From the NCBI GenBank assembly GCA_038087875.1, contig CM075992.1, forward strand, positions 12,340,001 through 12,404,000: a DNA stretch of 64,000 nt. Reading direction: 5' to 3'. The notes below the pieces were generated by a model. That model saw only the letters and a program-made list of their open reading frames with translations. It was not told where the DNA came from and searched no databases. Shown one piece after another: positions 24,301 through 37,103 of the stretch; position 1 is the stretch's first letter; each line of letters opens with the position of its first letter. The DNA is from Malacoraja senta. Its lineage: Eukaryota. A program made the position numbers and the translations under genes.

Positions 24301-26564
24301 TACATGGATAAAACTGTTATATACAAATCCCACGGCTAGAATATTTACAAACCAAAGGTTGTCATCTAAATTTAGCCTATCTAGAGGTTGTAGACAAGGA
24401 TGCCCGTTATCTCCATTATTATTTGCGCTTGCTATTGAGCCACTTGCAGAAAGAGTCAGGGGGCATCAGGAAATACATGGGTATAACACAAAGGACACAG
24501 TGAATAAAATTTCTCTATACGCAGATGATGTATTAATTTACATTACAAAACCAGAAATTAGTATTCCAAACTTATTAAAGCTAATAACCCAATTTGGTTC
24601 ACTTTCAGGATACAGAATAAATTGGAATAAAAGTGAAATTATGCCAATAAGGGAACATAACAAACAGATAATACAACAATTTCCATTTAAAATAGTAAAG
24701 GAAAAATTTAAATATTTAGGTATTTATGTAACTAAGATATATACATCATTATTTAAAGCAAATTTTCCACCATTACTGAATAAACTACATAAGAATATTC
24801 AATACTGGAAAACACTTCCTATCTCAATGGTTGGCAAAATTAATGCCATAAAAATGATTTTTTTACCGCAAATATTATACCTTTTTCAGACAATTCCGAT
24901 ATATCTGGCAAAAAACTTTTTTTTTAAACTGGACTCTATTGTTAATGATTTTATCTGGGATTATAAGAATCATAGGATAAACAAAAGACATTTGTGTAAA
25001 TCAAAAATAAATGGAGGCTTGGTTTTACCCAACTTTTTGTTTTATTTCTGGGCAGTTAATATTAAAAATATGAATTTCTGGTTGGAAGAAATAGATCATC
25101 AACCAGACTGGTTAAAAATGGAAAAGGAAGATTGTTTACCTTTTGATATCGGTTCGATATTATTTGCTACGTCTAAATTAAACAAAAAAATTTATAGGGA
25201 AAACCCTATAATATTTAGTGCTATACGAATTTGGAAACAATTAAAAAAGACATTAAAATTAGATAATTTATCACTTTTTCTTCCAATTGTGAATAACCCT
25301 TTGTTTAAGCCTTCATAGTTGGACGGGGGTATTACACAATGGAAGAATTATGGAATTAAAAATATGGGACAACTTTACAAGGAAGGCACTTTTCTGACAT
25401 TTCAGGAGTTGCAACAGACTTATGGACTTCGAGGAAATGATTATTTCAGATATCTTCAACTTAGAGATTATGTAAAATCGAATACTCAAAATTTTCGAAT
25501 TAGAAATTCAGAATTCTTGATGAATGTTGGAACAAACATCCTAATACAGAAAAATTAATATCTTATATATATAATATCTTATTAGACAGTGACATTCCAT
25601 CGACGGACTTACACAGACAAACATGGGAAAAAGAATTAAATCAAATAATAACGAAAGATACTTGGGAAGAAAGTTTGCAACACATACATCAATGTTCATT
25701 AAACGCCAGACATTCTCTAATACAATTTAAAGTAATACATAGGTTACATTATTCAAAAACAAAACTACATAAAATCTTTCAACATATCTCACCTATATGT
25801 GATAAATGTCAACATTTAGAAGCTACCTTATCTCATATGTTTGCAAACTGTATAAAAATTAAAAATTTCTGGGTAAATATTTTCAGTATAATATCTAAAA
25901 TAACCAGCACACAATTGGACCCAGATCCAAAATTAATAATACTTGGAATATTAGAATTAAATCAAACATTTAGAACAACACAAAGAAACTTTATTGATTA
26001 TAGTTTAATAACAGGAAAAAAATTAATTCTAAAATTTTGGAAAGGCCCTGCGACCCCCACAATCAAAATGTGGATTATAGAAATGACGGAGACCTTAAAC
26101 ATGGAAAGAATCAGATTCTCCCTGTTGGACAAACAGGAATTATTCGTTGGAACATGGTCTCCTTTTATTGATTACTTAAAGGGTCAGAATAGTTCAGCAC
26201 AGGAACCTGACTAGCACTCGGGCTAAAGAATGGATGAAATGCTATACTTAGAAATGTACGAATATATCTCGAATGAAGTTTTTTATTTTAATAAATTTTT
26301 CCATTCTTCTTTAACTATCTTTTTCCTTTTTTTGTTGTTTTTTTTTTTTTTTTTTTTTTTCCTTCTCTTTCTTTTCTTTCTTTACTTCATCTATCTCTTT
26401 AGTTCTATTTAGTTAAAAAAAAAAAAAAAAAAGGCAAAAGGTATTGGAGACAATGTAATAATAATTGACAATATTATCAATTTAAAAATGTAAGACTGTA
26501 ATGATGTAAATAGGTTGTGTACTTATCTCCAATAAAAAATATTTTCAAAAAAATTTTAAAAAAT
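24301..26564 (+). mobile_element. 5'-truncated L1-clade LINE (ORF2 RT to CCHC, 3' UTR, poly-A)
   Basis: GCRQGCPLSPLLF, YADDVL, FKYLG, CDKC..HMFANC; one stop (25316) and a frameshift; AATAAA plus A-rich tail; TAAAACG on both flanks. Confidence 0.9.
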
Positions 26565-26720
26565 AAAACGGAGATGAGGAAAAGCTTTTTCACCCAGAGA
26601 GTTGTCAGTCTGTAGAATTCTCTGCCTCAGAAGGCAGTGGAGGCCAATTCTCTGGATGCTTTCAAGAGAGAGTTCGATAGAGCTCTTCAAGATAGCGGAG
26701 TCAAGAGATATGGGGAGAAG

Positions 26721-26849
26721 TGTTTAAGAAGGAACTGCAGATGCTGGAAAATCGAAGGTAGACAAAAGTGCTGGAGAAACTCAGCGGGTGCAGCAGCATC
26801 CGTGGAGCGAAGGAAATAGGCAATGTTTCGGGCCGAAACCCTTCTTCAG
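26721..26849 (-). mobile_element. 129-bp Penelope pLTR-derived insertion beginning at a hammerhead core
   Basis: Minus strand CTGAAGAAGGGTTTCGGCCCGAAAC...CCTTCTTAAACA; flanks GGGGAGAAG and GGAGAGAAG (degenerate TSD). Confidence 0.75.
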
Positions 26850-27225
26850 GGAGAGAAGGCAGGAACGGGGTACTGATTGTGGATGATAAGCCTTAATAAC
26901 AGTGAATGGCAGTACTGTCTCGAAGGGCCAAATGGCCTACTCCTGTACCTATTGCCTATTGTATTTTATAATACTGCTTTTTTGGCGTGGGGGGTCCCAG
27001 TGTGGGAGAGAGGAATCTCACCTCTGTGTGTGGTGTCATAGTCTGGGGAAGTGTGCGATCTCACCTCTGTGTGTGGTGTCACAGTCTGGGGAAGTGTGCG
27101 ATCTCACCTCTAAGTGAGGAAGTGAGCTATTCTGTGTACTGTAGGTTCTGTCCCAGAATACAGCTTTGCCTGAACCCCTAAAAACTCTTTTTCCTCTGAT
27201 TTTAATTCCCTGCTTACATTTCCAG

Positions 27226-27275
27226 AATGCCACCTGGTGAAATGAAGCTTCTGCTGCTGATTCTGGGCTCTCTGG
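27226..27275 (+). CDS. Probable first coding exon encoding the start of a signal peptide (MPPGE)MKLLLLILGSL
   Basis: Polypyrimidine tract ..ttccctgcttacatttccag acceptor, in-frame ATGs at 27227 and 27242, hydrophobic run, G|gtgagt donor (phase 1); GAGGAAGTGA at ~27117. Confidence 0.65.
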
Positions 27276-30033
27276 GTGAGTAGTTATTAACAAGAGTGTG
27301 GTGGGGGGTGCACTGTGCGCTGTGTACAATTACTGGATGTTGGTTATGTATTTGACTGTGTGTTAAAGCATCATCTGAATCCTCCTCAAATACCTCGAAT
27401 GATCTAGTGTCCACCATCCTCCGGAGTAGAGAATTCCAGCGATTCACCGACCTCTGTGAGAGGAAGCTCCTGTGTAGTTTTAAATGACCGCCCTCTTATC
27501 TTGTAACTATGTCCCCTCATTGGCACCTCTGCCTCTGCACATAGTTATAGAGATCTCCGACACAGAAACAGGCTCCCTGGTCCACCGCACTTATACAGGC
27601 CATCATGCTGAGTGACACTAATCCAACTTCCCGACATTAATTGCCGATCCCTCTGTGCCCTGTCGTTCAAATACCTATCAAGATGCCTCTTAAAGATTGT
27701 TACTGTTCCTGCCTCCACCACCTCATCTAGCATCTACCAACAACACTTTGTGTGGACAAATTATCACTGATCTCTATAAACCACTCCCTTCCCATCTTCA
27801 ACTGATACACTTTGATCTTGGACACCCGTACGGTGGGAAATGGCCATCGACTCTGTCTGTGCCTCTCATAATTTTATATAACAATATCACAGTCATTTCT
27901 CAGCCAACTTTGCTCCAGGGAAAACAGACCCTGTCCAATCTCACATTATAACTCAAGCTGGCCAATCCCAGGCAACATCCTTGTGAATCATTTTCACCCT
28001 TCTCTTCACATTTACCCTCTCATCCCCCCCTCACGATCGTGCTTTATAATAAGATCACCCCTCATTCTCAATTCCACAGACTGGAGACCAAATATCTTGC
28101 CTGATAGCTGAATTCTCCCATCAAGAATGAATCAAGTGAATCTCTCTGGACTGCCGGTATATCCTTACTTTAATAGAGGAACCAAAACTGTCCCCAGTAA
28201 CTAGGTTTGCCCCCCCCCCCCCAGCACCCTGTCCACTTGTACCACTACTCCACATTTATAAACTCCAAGCCCTGTGTGGTCTCAATGACCCATAGAGCCG
28301 ACAGCACGGAAACAGGCCCTTCGGCCCACCTGACCCGTGCGAACCAAGATGTTGCATCTAAGATAGTTCCATTTGCCTGCATTTGGCCCACATCTCTTGA
28401 AACAATTCATATCAATGTATCTGCCCAAGTGTCTTTTACATGATGTTATCATGCCTGCCTCAACCATCTCCCCTGACAACTCATTCCATTTACCCAGCAC
28501 AGCTGAGTGAATATGTTGCTCCTCAGCTTCATATTAAATCTTGCCTCTCTCACCTTAAAGCTATGTCCCCTGGGTAACAGGCACTGTGAATTCACCTTAT
28601 CTATTCCCCTCATGATTTATACACATTTATATTATCATCCCTCAGCCTCCTGTGCTCCAAGGAATAAAGTCCATTCTGGCCGAACCTCTCCCTATAGCTC
28701 AGCCCCTTGACTTCTGGCAACATCCTCCTAAATCTTCTTTGCACTCTTTCCAGCTTAATGGCATCCTTCCAATAGCAGGGTGACAATAAGTGAACATCCT
28801 ACTTCAAGTGCAGCCTCACCGATACGCTGCACAACTGTAACATGCCATAATACAGCAGCTAGCACCTATCAGCATTAGACTCTCATTTCCTCCCACACCC
28901 ATACGCTCATGGGTTAATAGTCTTCTGTAAACCAGTCCTAGTGCAGGAAAGTGGCACAAACACCAAAGGGTAGTGGGTAGGATCATAGAGAGAGAGTGGG
29001 TGAGTTGCAGGGCTAAAGGGGAAATAAGGAGCTGAGGATTGGGACTGATGGGATTGTCCCCCGTGAGCTATCATGGGCACGATGGGTGGAATGGCCTCCT
29101 ACTTGGTGCGGTAAGTGGATGTTAAACTGAGTTGATGCCGTTTATTCCACAATTTACAATGAAAGACCACACGTGGAGCACAGAGAGCTTGTGTGGACTC
29201 CAGGGCAGCGGAAGGGGAAGTGTGGAACTCCACAATGAAGAAAGTTCAAGAAACTCCCATTGTCTGCTGTCCCAGTTGGAAATCCCCACGGTTCAGCATC
29301 TGGCTGTATAGATGATGATCGCCGGCCTCACCCCCGCATTCACCGAGACCCCCGTTCCCAGAGCCCCCACTCACTGAGACCCCCATTCCAGAGCTCCATG
29401 TCATTTGCCAGGACCTCCTTTTCCAGAGCTCCTTCGCTCCCAGTTGTTGGAACCCCGGATCTCATGTTCCATTTCATATTTCGGGCCATAAACTCCTGCT
29501 TGCTCCCACTTTCCCGGCGCCGGTGTAACAATACTGATTTCCGGTGCTATCTGTGTGGAGTTTGCATGTTCTCCCCGTGACTGTGTGGGTTTCCCCGGGT
29601 GTTCCAGTTTCTCCCACATTGCTGAAACTTGCTGGGACGTTAATCAGCTGCTGTAAAATGCCCCAGTGTGGGTTAATTGGCAGTTGATGGGATTGTGTCA
29701 ATAGTCAATAGACAATTGGTGCAGGAATAGTCCATTCGGCCCTTCGAGCCAGTATTGCCATTCACTGTGATCATGGCTGATCATCCACAATCAGTACCAC
29801 GTTCCTGCCTTTTCCCCATATCCCTTGACTCTGCTATCTTCCATAGCTCTATCTAACTCTCTCTTGAAAGCATCCAGAGAATTGGCCTCCACTGTCTTCT
29901 GAGGCAGAGAATTCCACAGATTCACAACTCTCTAGGTGAAAATGTTTTTCCTCATCTCCGTTCTAAATAGCCTAACCCTTATTCTTAAACTGTGGCCCCT
30001 GGTTCTGGACTCCCCCAACATCGGAAACATGTT

Positions 30034-30237
30034 GTTAAAGAAGGAACTGCAGATGCTGGAAAATCGAAGGTACACAAAAATGCTGGAGAAACTCAGCGGG
30101 TGCAGCAGCATCTTATGGAGCGAAGGAAATAGGTAACGTTTCGGGCCGACGAGGGTTTCGGCCCGAAACGTTACCTATTTCCTTCGCTCCATAAGATGCT
30201 GCTGCACCCGCTGAGTTTCTCCAGCATTTTTGTGTAC
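30034..30237. mobile_element. Palindromic Penelope pLTR-derived insertion with 15-bp TSD
   Basis: TSD CATCGGAAACATGTT at 30019-30033 and 30238-30252; perfect 81-bp inverted arms (30069-30149 and 30158-30238); absent at the equivalent site ~44091-44105. Confidence 0.88.
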
Positions 30238-30559
30238 CATCGGAAACATGTTTCCTGCCCTAGCATGTCCAATCCCTTAATAACCTATATGTTTCATTAA
30301 GATGCCCTCTCATCCTTCAAAATTACAGTGTATACAAGCCCAGCCGTTCCATTCTTTCAACATATGACAGTCCCGCCATCCCGGGAATTAACCTCATGAA
30401 CCTACACTGCACTCCCTCAATAGCAAGAATGTCCTTCCTCAAATTCTAGCTATTGAGGAACTGCAGCGTATGTTCACGAGGTTAATTCCCGGGATGGCGG
30501 GACTGTCATATTTTGAAGGAATGGACTGGGCTTGTATACACTTTAATTTAGAAGGATGA

Positions 30560-30980
30560 TACAAATATAGGGTGCAAAAGTACTTTAAAAAAAATTGAGG
30601 TCAGGTAAGGGGGGATGCTTGTTGAAGAGTTGGTATGTCCCATTTACGTAATGCTCATAAAAATATTTGTTTCTCTCTTTTTCCTCTTCCTCTTTCTCTT
30701 TCTTTTCTAGGGTCTATTTCTTAACTCTTTTTCTTTTGTTTTTAATTTTGCTCTTATAGGGTCTTCGTCCTTTTTTGTTGTCACATTTTCTACACTTTCA
30801 CGTTTTCCTTCACTTTCTTCTTTCTTTCAATCTTTTCTTTTTCTAGTGTAAAAAATAAATGGAGTACATTAATTGTAAGAAGACATAAGTGACGAGTACT
30901 AATGTATGTGGTTGTAATGTAATGTACTTCAAATAAATAAAAATAAAAAAATAATACAATTTAAAAAATAAATTAAAAAA
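30560..30980 (+). mobile_element. L1 3' UTR/poly-A stub with 15-bp TSD
   Basis: AATTTAGAAGGATGA at 30545-30559 and 30981-30995; T-rich UTR, AATAAA, A-rich tail. Also in copy 2 (~44413-44833). Confidence 0.75.
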
Positions 30981-33900
30981 AATTTAGAAGGATGAGAGGG
31001 TATCTTATTGAAACATATAAAATTATTAAGGGACTGGAGACGCTAGAGGCAGGAAACATATTCCTGATGTTAGGGGAGTCCAGAACCAGGGGGCCACAGT
31101 TTAAGAATAAGGGGTAGGCCATTGAGAACGGAGATGAGGAAAAGCTTTTTCACCCAGAGAGTTGTCAGTCTGTAGAATTTTCTGCCTCAGAAGGCAGCGG
31201 AGGCCAATTCTCTGGATGCTTTCAAGAGAGAGTTCGATAGAGCTCTTCAAGATAGCGGAGTCAAGAGATATGGGGAGAAGTGTTTAAGAAGGAACTGCAG
31301 ATGCAGCAGCATCCATGGAGCGAAGGAAATAGGCAACGTTTCGGGCTGAAACCCTTCTTCAGGGGGAGATAACCTTAATAACCTATATGTTTCATTAAGA
31401 TCCCCTCTCATCCTTAAAATTACTGTGTATACGAGCCCAGACGTTCCATTCTTTCAACATATGACAGTCCCGCCATACCGGGAATTAACCTCATGAACCT
31501 ACGCTGCACTCCCTCAATAGCAAGAAAGTCCTTCCTCAAATTTCGAGCACCAAAACTGCTCACTAGGGCCCTGTACAACTGTAGAAGAACATCTTTGCTC
31601 CTATACTCAACTCATCTTGTTATGAAGGCCAACATGTCATTTGCTTTCTTCACTGCCTGCTGTACCTGCATGCTTACTTTCAGTGACTGATGAACAAGTG
31701 TGAATATGCATGGGTTTGGGTACTTGGGAAAATGGCAGATGTCTGTGAAACCTGCTTCACTGAGGCTGACATCACTTGCAGGGAGCTGGAGACCTATGTG
31801 ACATAGATGGCTCCAGGGAGTCTGAAGCCTGGGTAGGGGCTGCAGAAAGTATCTGCCCTTGTGACCTACATGTTGCCACAATGTCTGGGATTCTGCAGGT
31901 GCAGCAAAGCCCTGATGCTAAAGGCAAGCTTGTGGTTGGTTGGGGAGATGTTATGTCTCAACTATGTATTGGTACCTTCCCGCCGGTACTTGTGATTGGT
32001 CCAGAAGAGTGGCATCACCAAAGATGTTTCTTTATCTAATGGTAATGTTTCTTTACTTAATGGGAATGTTTTTCCCTGTGCTATGTGTTGAAACTATGTT
32101 ATGCATTGTTATAGGATTGGGCCAAAGAGTTGTCGTTCTATGTATTTTGCAGCCGGTATCAGTAATTGGTTTGTAGGTGCTGAGGACCAGTATTTAGCGG
32201 GTAGGAGGGTTCGAGGCCTCGGGGGGGGGGGGGTTTCAGGCCCCACCTGTGTGTGTTCGAGTACCATACAGTACTGGGTATTATCAGTGCTAAGGTAAAA
32301 TTGGCTGGAATACTTTAAAAATTAGCACTGAATTTTAGGACGCGTCTGTGATAATTCTAGGACTGTGATCCTAATTTTTTTTTCATTTTTGAAGCATCAG
32401 AAAATGGGTACAGATTATGTTACCATATCCAAGCTCATTTTTTCCAAATGTACATATCAAAACAGAACATTTGAGTATTATACAAACAATATGAATGGGC
32501 ATGTTTATAAAAACATTAAAAAATATATTTTAATAAACAAACAAATGAGGGGGGGAAAAAGTAAATAATAAAAATAACTAAATACATAATTAAAGTGCAG
32601 GTGACTACAGTACATAGGGAGCAGTTCAGTGCAATAATTCTTTGTGAAGACTCTTGTTTCTACAGCTTCTAACTCTCCTGTCTTCTATCTCTTACATAAT
32701 TTCATTAAAATGAATGGTTTAGAGTGTAGATAGGTTTGTGTTATGTGTCAATATTCAGCTGTGCAAGAAATGACATAAATGGTTGCCAGATTTTATTAAA
32801 TTGGTTGACTCTATCCTTTAGAACATATCTTATTCTTTCTAAATGTAATGTACTGGTCAAGTCATGAAGCCACATTCTGGAATTGGGAGCTGTTGTTGTT
32901 TTCCATGACATGAGCAGTGGTTTCTTTGCCGTAATGAGACAGTAGGAGTGGAATTGTCATTGAGCAGTTGTGAGTTGTCTTGATGTTTCAGATACCCCCA
33001 AGATGATTAATACGGGTTCTGGGTTTAATGGAATGTTAAGAATGTCTGAGATATTCTTAACTATATCAGACCAGAAAGAGGTGAGTTTAGGGCACGATAC
33101 AAAGTTATGAAAAAGAGTAGCATCTGAGGAGTGACATTTATCACAAGTAGGAGAAACATTTGGATATATACTGTGTATTTTTGCCTTGGAGTAGTGAAGT
33201 CTATGTATAATTTTGAACTATATGAGGCAGTGTCTAGCATTGGTTGAGCACCTATGTATAAGTTTGAGGCTTTCCTCCCATATTTCATCTGGTATTTGCA
33301 CATTTATGTATTTTCCCCGATTGATCTTATACTTGCTAGAGGATGGAGAAGATATTAATAGGACATCATACATATAGGAGATAAATTTGTCATCATATGG
33401 TGATGTTTTAAGGGAGTCATCTATTTGAGACTGCCTCTCAACTTCAAATCCTGACAGATGCTTTCGTATATAATCCCTGATTTGCAAGTATCTGAAGAAG
33501 TTACTATTTGGGAGATCAAATTTCTTTCGTAGCTGTGTGTAAAGGTGGCAAACGTACCATCGATATATAGGTCTCGGACACTGTGGATTCCTAATTCACT
33601 CCATGTAGAGGAAGTCTTATCTAAAATAGATGGTTTGAATGTGGGGTTGTTTGCTACGGACAAAGCGAGAGATATACTGTAGGTTTAAATCAAGGCAAGG
33701 CAAGGCAAGTTTATTTGTATAGCACCTTTCAACCACAAGGTAATTCAAAGTGCTTTACATAAAACATTTAAAGCATTTGAAAGAAACACATATAAAATGA
33801 CATTTAGATATAAAATGATTATTAGATTATTCTGATAATAATTACAAAATTAAAAGCAATCAAATAAAATATTTAAAATAGAATAAAACCAGGAATAGAA

Positions 33901-34437
33901 GTTACAGTGCAGTATAGATAATTAATAAATTGTATTGTTTACTGAAAGGCAGCGGCAAACAGAAAAGTCTTCAGTCTAGATTTCAAAGAGCTGAGAGTTG
34001 CAGCAGACCTGCAGTTTTCTGGGAGTTTGTTCCAGATATGTGGTGCATAAAAATTAAATGCTGCCTCTCCATGTTTAGTTCTGACTCTGGGGACACAGAG
34101 CAGACCTGTCCCAGACGATCTGAGAGGTCTGGGTGGTTCATAGCTAAGCAGAAGATCAGAAATGTATTTTGGCCCTAAACCATTCAGTGCTTTGTAAACC
34201 AACAGTAGTATTTTGAAATCAATTCTTTGACAGACAGGAAGCCAGTGTAAAGACCTCAGAACTGGAGTAATGTGATCTACTTTTTTGGTCTGAGTGAGGA
34301 CTCGAGCAGCAGCGTTCTGAATTAACTGCAGCTGTCTGATCGACTTTTTAGGGAGACCTGTAAAGACACTGTTACAGTAGTCGAGCCTGCTGAAGATAAA
34401 TGCATGGACAAGTTTTTCCAAATGCTGCGGAGACATA

Positions 34438-36054
34438 CAGTGGCTTGCCAAAGTTTTCATACCCCTTGAACGTTTCCACATTTTGTCATGTTACAACCAC
34501 AAACGTAAATGTATTTTATTGGGATTTTATGTGATAGACCAACACAAAGTGGTGCATAATTGTGAAGTGGAAGGAAAATGATACATGGTTTTCAAATTTT
34601 TTTACAAATAAAAAACTGAAAAGTGTCACGTGCAAAAGTATTCAGCCCCCCTGAGTCAATACTTTGTAGAACCACCTTTCGCTGCACTTACAGCTGCAAG
34701 TCTTTTGGGGTATGTCTCTACCAGCTTTGCACATCTAGAGACTGAAATTGTTGCCCATTCTTCTTTGCAAAATAGCTCAAGCTCAGTCAGATTGGATGGA
34801 GAGCGTCTGTGAACAGCAATTTTCAAGTCTTGCCAGAGATTCTCAATTGGATTTAGGTCTGGACTTTGACTGGGCCATTCTAACACATGAATATTCTTTG
34901 ATCTAAACCATTCCATTGTAGCTCTGGCTGTATGTTTAGGGTCGTTGTCCTGCTGGAAGGTGAACCTCCGCCCCAGTCTCAAGTCTTTTGCAGACTCTAA
35001 CAGGTTTTCTTCCAAGATTGCCCTGTATTTGTCTCCATCCATCTTCCCATCAACTCTGACCAGCTTCCCTGTCCCTGCTGAAGAAAAGCATCCCCACAGC
35101 ATGATGCTGCCACCACCATGTTTCACAGTGGGGATGGTGTGTTCAGGGCGATGTGCAGTGTTAGGTTTCCGCCACACATAGCGTTTTGCATTTAGGCCCA
35201 AAACTTCAATTTTGGTCTCATCTGACCAGAGCACCTTCCTCCACATGTTTGCTGTGTCCCCAACATGGCTTGTGGCAAACTGCAAATGGGACTTCTTATG
35301 GCTTTTTTTCAACAATGGCTTTCTTCTTGCCACTCTTCCATAAAGGCCCGATTTGTGGAGTGCACGACTAATAGTTGTCCCGTGGACAGATTCTCCCACC
35401 TGAGCTGTGGATCTCTGCAGCTCCTCCAGAGTTACCATGGCCCTCTTGACTGCTTCTCTGATCAATGCTCTCCTTGCCCAGCCTGTCAGTTTAGGTGGAC
35501 GGCCATGTCTTGGTAGGTTTGCAGTTGTACCATACTCTTTCCATTTTCGGATGATGGATTGAACAGTGCTCCGTGAGATGTTCAAAGCTTGGGATATTTG
35601 TTTATAACCTAACCCTGCTTTAAACTTCTCCACAACTTTATCCCTGACCTGTCTGGTGTGTTCCTTGGGCTTCATGATGCTGTTTGTGCACTAATGTTCT
35701 CTACCAAACCTCTGAGGCCTTCACAGAACAGCTGTATTTATACTGAGATTATATTACACACAAGTGGACTCTATTTACTAATTAGGTGACTTCTGAAGGC
35801 AATTGGTTGCACTGGATTTTATTTAGGGGTATCAGAGTAAAGGGGGCTGAATACTTTTGCACGCGACACTTTTCAGTTTTTTATTTGTAAAAAAATTTGA
35901 AAAACATGTATCATTTTCCTTCCACTTCACAATTATGCGCCACTTTGTGTTGGTCTATCACATAAAATCCCAATAAAATACATTTACGTTTGTGGTTGTA
36001 ATGTGACAAAATGTGGAAAAGTTCAAGGGGTATGAATACTTTTGCAAGCCACTG
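34438..36054 (-). mobile_element. Full-length Tc1 transposon (1617 bp) with ~213-bp IR-DR TIRs and TA TSD
   Basis: TA|CAGTGGCTTG...CAAGCCACTG|TA; removing it restores the L2 frame (IKGL|MSPQH); inner repeat TGCAAAAGTATTCA. Confidence 0.96.
34656..35675 (-). CDS. Tc1 transposase, 339 aa, intact DD34E
   Basis: Paired-like HTH, GRPPK, WSDE, FQQDND, SPDLNPIE (34 residues between the second D and E). Confidence 0.96.
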   Translation of the reverse strand: MKPKEHTRQVRDKVVEKFKAGLGYKQISQALNISRSTVQSIIRKWKEYGTTANLPRHGRPPKLTGWARRALIREAVKRAMVTLEELQRSTAQVGESVHGTTISRALHKSGLYGRVARRKPLLKKSHKKSHLQFATSHVGDTANMWRKVLWSDETKIEVLGLNAKRYVWRKPNTAHRPEHTIPTVKHGGGSIMLWGCFSSAGTGKLVRVDGKMDGDKYRAILEENLLESAKDLRLGRRFTFQQDNDPKHTARATMEWFRSKNIHVLEWPSQSPDLNPIENLWQDLKIAVHRRSPSNLTELELFCKEEWATISVSRCAKLVETYPKRLAAVSAAKGGSTKY

Positions 36055-37103
36055 TAAGTCCCTTAATCCTTGATATATGCCTCAGGTGATAGTAGGTTGA
36101 CTTTGTGACTGTTTTTATGTGGCTGTTGAAGTTCAGGTCTGAGTCCATGACTACTCCTAAGTTTCTGGCTTGGTTTGTTGTTTTTAGCATTACCATTTGA
36201 AGCTGGGTGCTAACTTTTAATTGTTCTTCCTTGGCTCCAAAAACAATTATTTCAGTTTTTTCTTTGTTTAATTGGAGAAAATTCTGGTTCATCCAATTGT
36301 TGATTTGCTCAATGCATCTACTCAGTGCTTGTATTGGACTATAGTCTCCTGGTGATATTGTTATGTAGATTTGTGTGTCGTCTGCGTAACTATGGTAACA
36401 TATTTTGGTTTTTCATGATCTGAGCCAGTGGAAGCATGTAGATGTTAAACAGAAGAGGCCCCAGAATGGAGCCCTGGGGAACTCCACATGTAATTTTTGC
36501 ACGCTCAGATGTGTAATTACCTATAGACACAAAGTAGTCCCTGTCCTTCAAGTAGGATTCAAACCATGGTACATTTTAACATTTTAAGTTCAAAATGGGT
36601 TCTGATTTGCTTCCATATATGTATCAAATTGTGTATAACAGGATTAAATCCATAATATGATTTATCAATTGAAGTAGGAGCTAATAGGATGGGACCTATT
36701 GAGTATGGGTGACAATCTTCTTGTTCTATTTTTAGCCAATTCAGAGGGATGTTTGAGGTGTCAAGCCAGAAAGCAAAGGACTTGATGGCAGATGCCCAGT
36801 AAAAGAATCTGAAATTTGGAAGAGCAAGCCCGCCCTTTTGATTCGCAGAGCTGATTTTTGTTTATCCTATGAGTTTTGTAATTCCACAAGAAAGGTATTA
36901 TTATCGAATTTAATCTCTTTAAAAATGTTTTTGTAAGAAAAATAGGAATGTTCTGAATTTGATATCGTAGATGGGGTAAGAAGATCATTTTAATGTTATT
37001 CACTCTTCCGAGTAAGGAAATTGGAAGAGTTTTCCAGAGTTGGATTTTGCTTTTTAGGTTTTCTAATAAGGGAAGGAAATTGGCCTGTAGCAGGGAAGAG
37101 TAA

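Larger units (their letters stand above)
22160..26960 (+). mobile_element. CR1/HER1 copy split by three nested insertions
   Basis: DWRVANVT..YRPVSLT; resumes at ~23818 (CAGGAAA|..AAAGAGTA) and at ~26565; ends in the HER1 3' UTR. Confidence 0.85.
33691..36575 (-). mobile_element. L2-clade LINE 3' portion with (CCTTG)n tail
   Basis: GVPQGSILGPLLF, NFLQLNKEKTE, SRLDYCNS..QNAAARVLT..HITPVLRSLHWLP..LKSRLKTFLF; AATAAA-(CTTGC)n end. Copy 2 at ~47543-50427. Confidence 0.88.
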
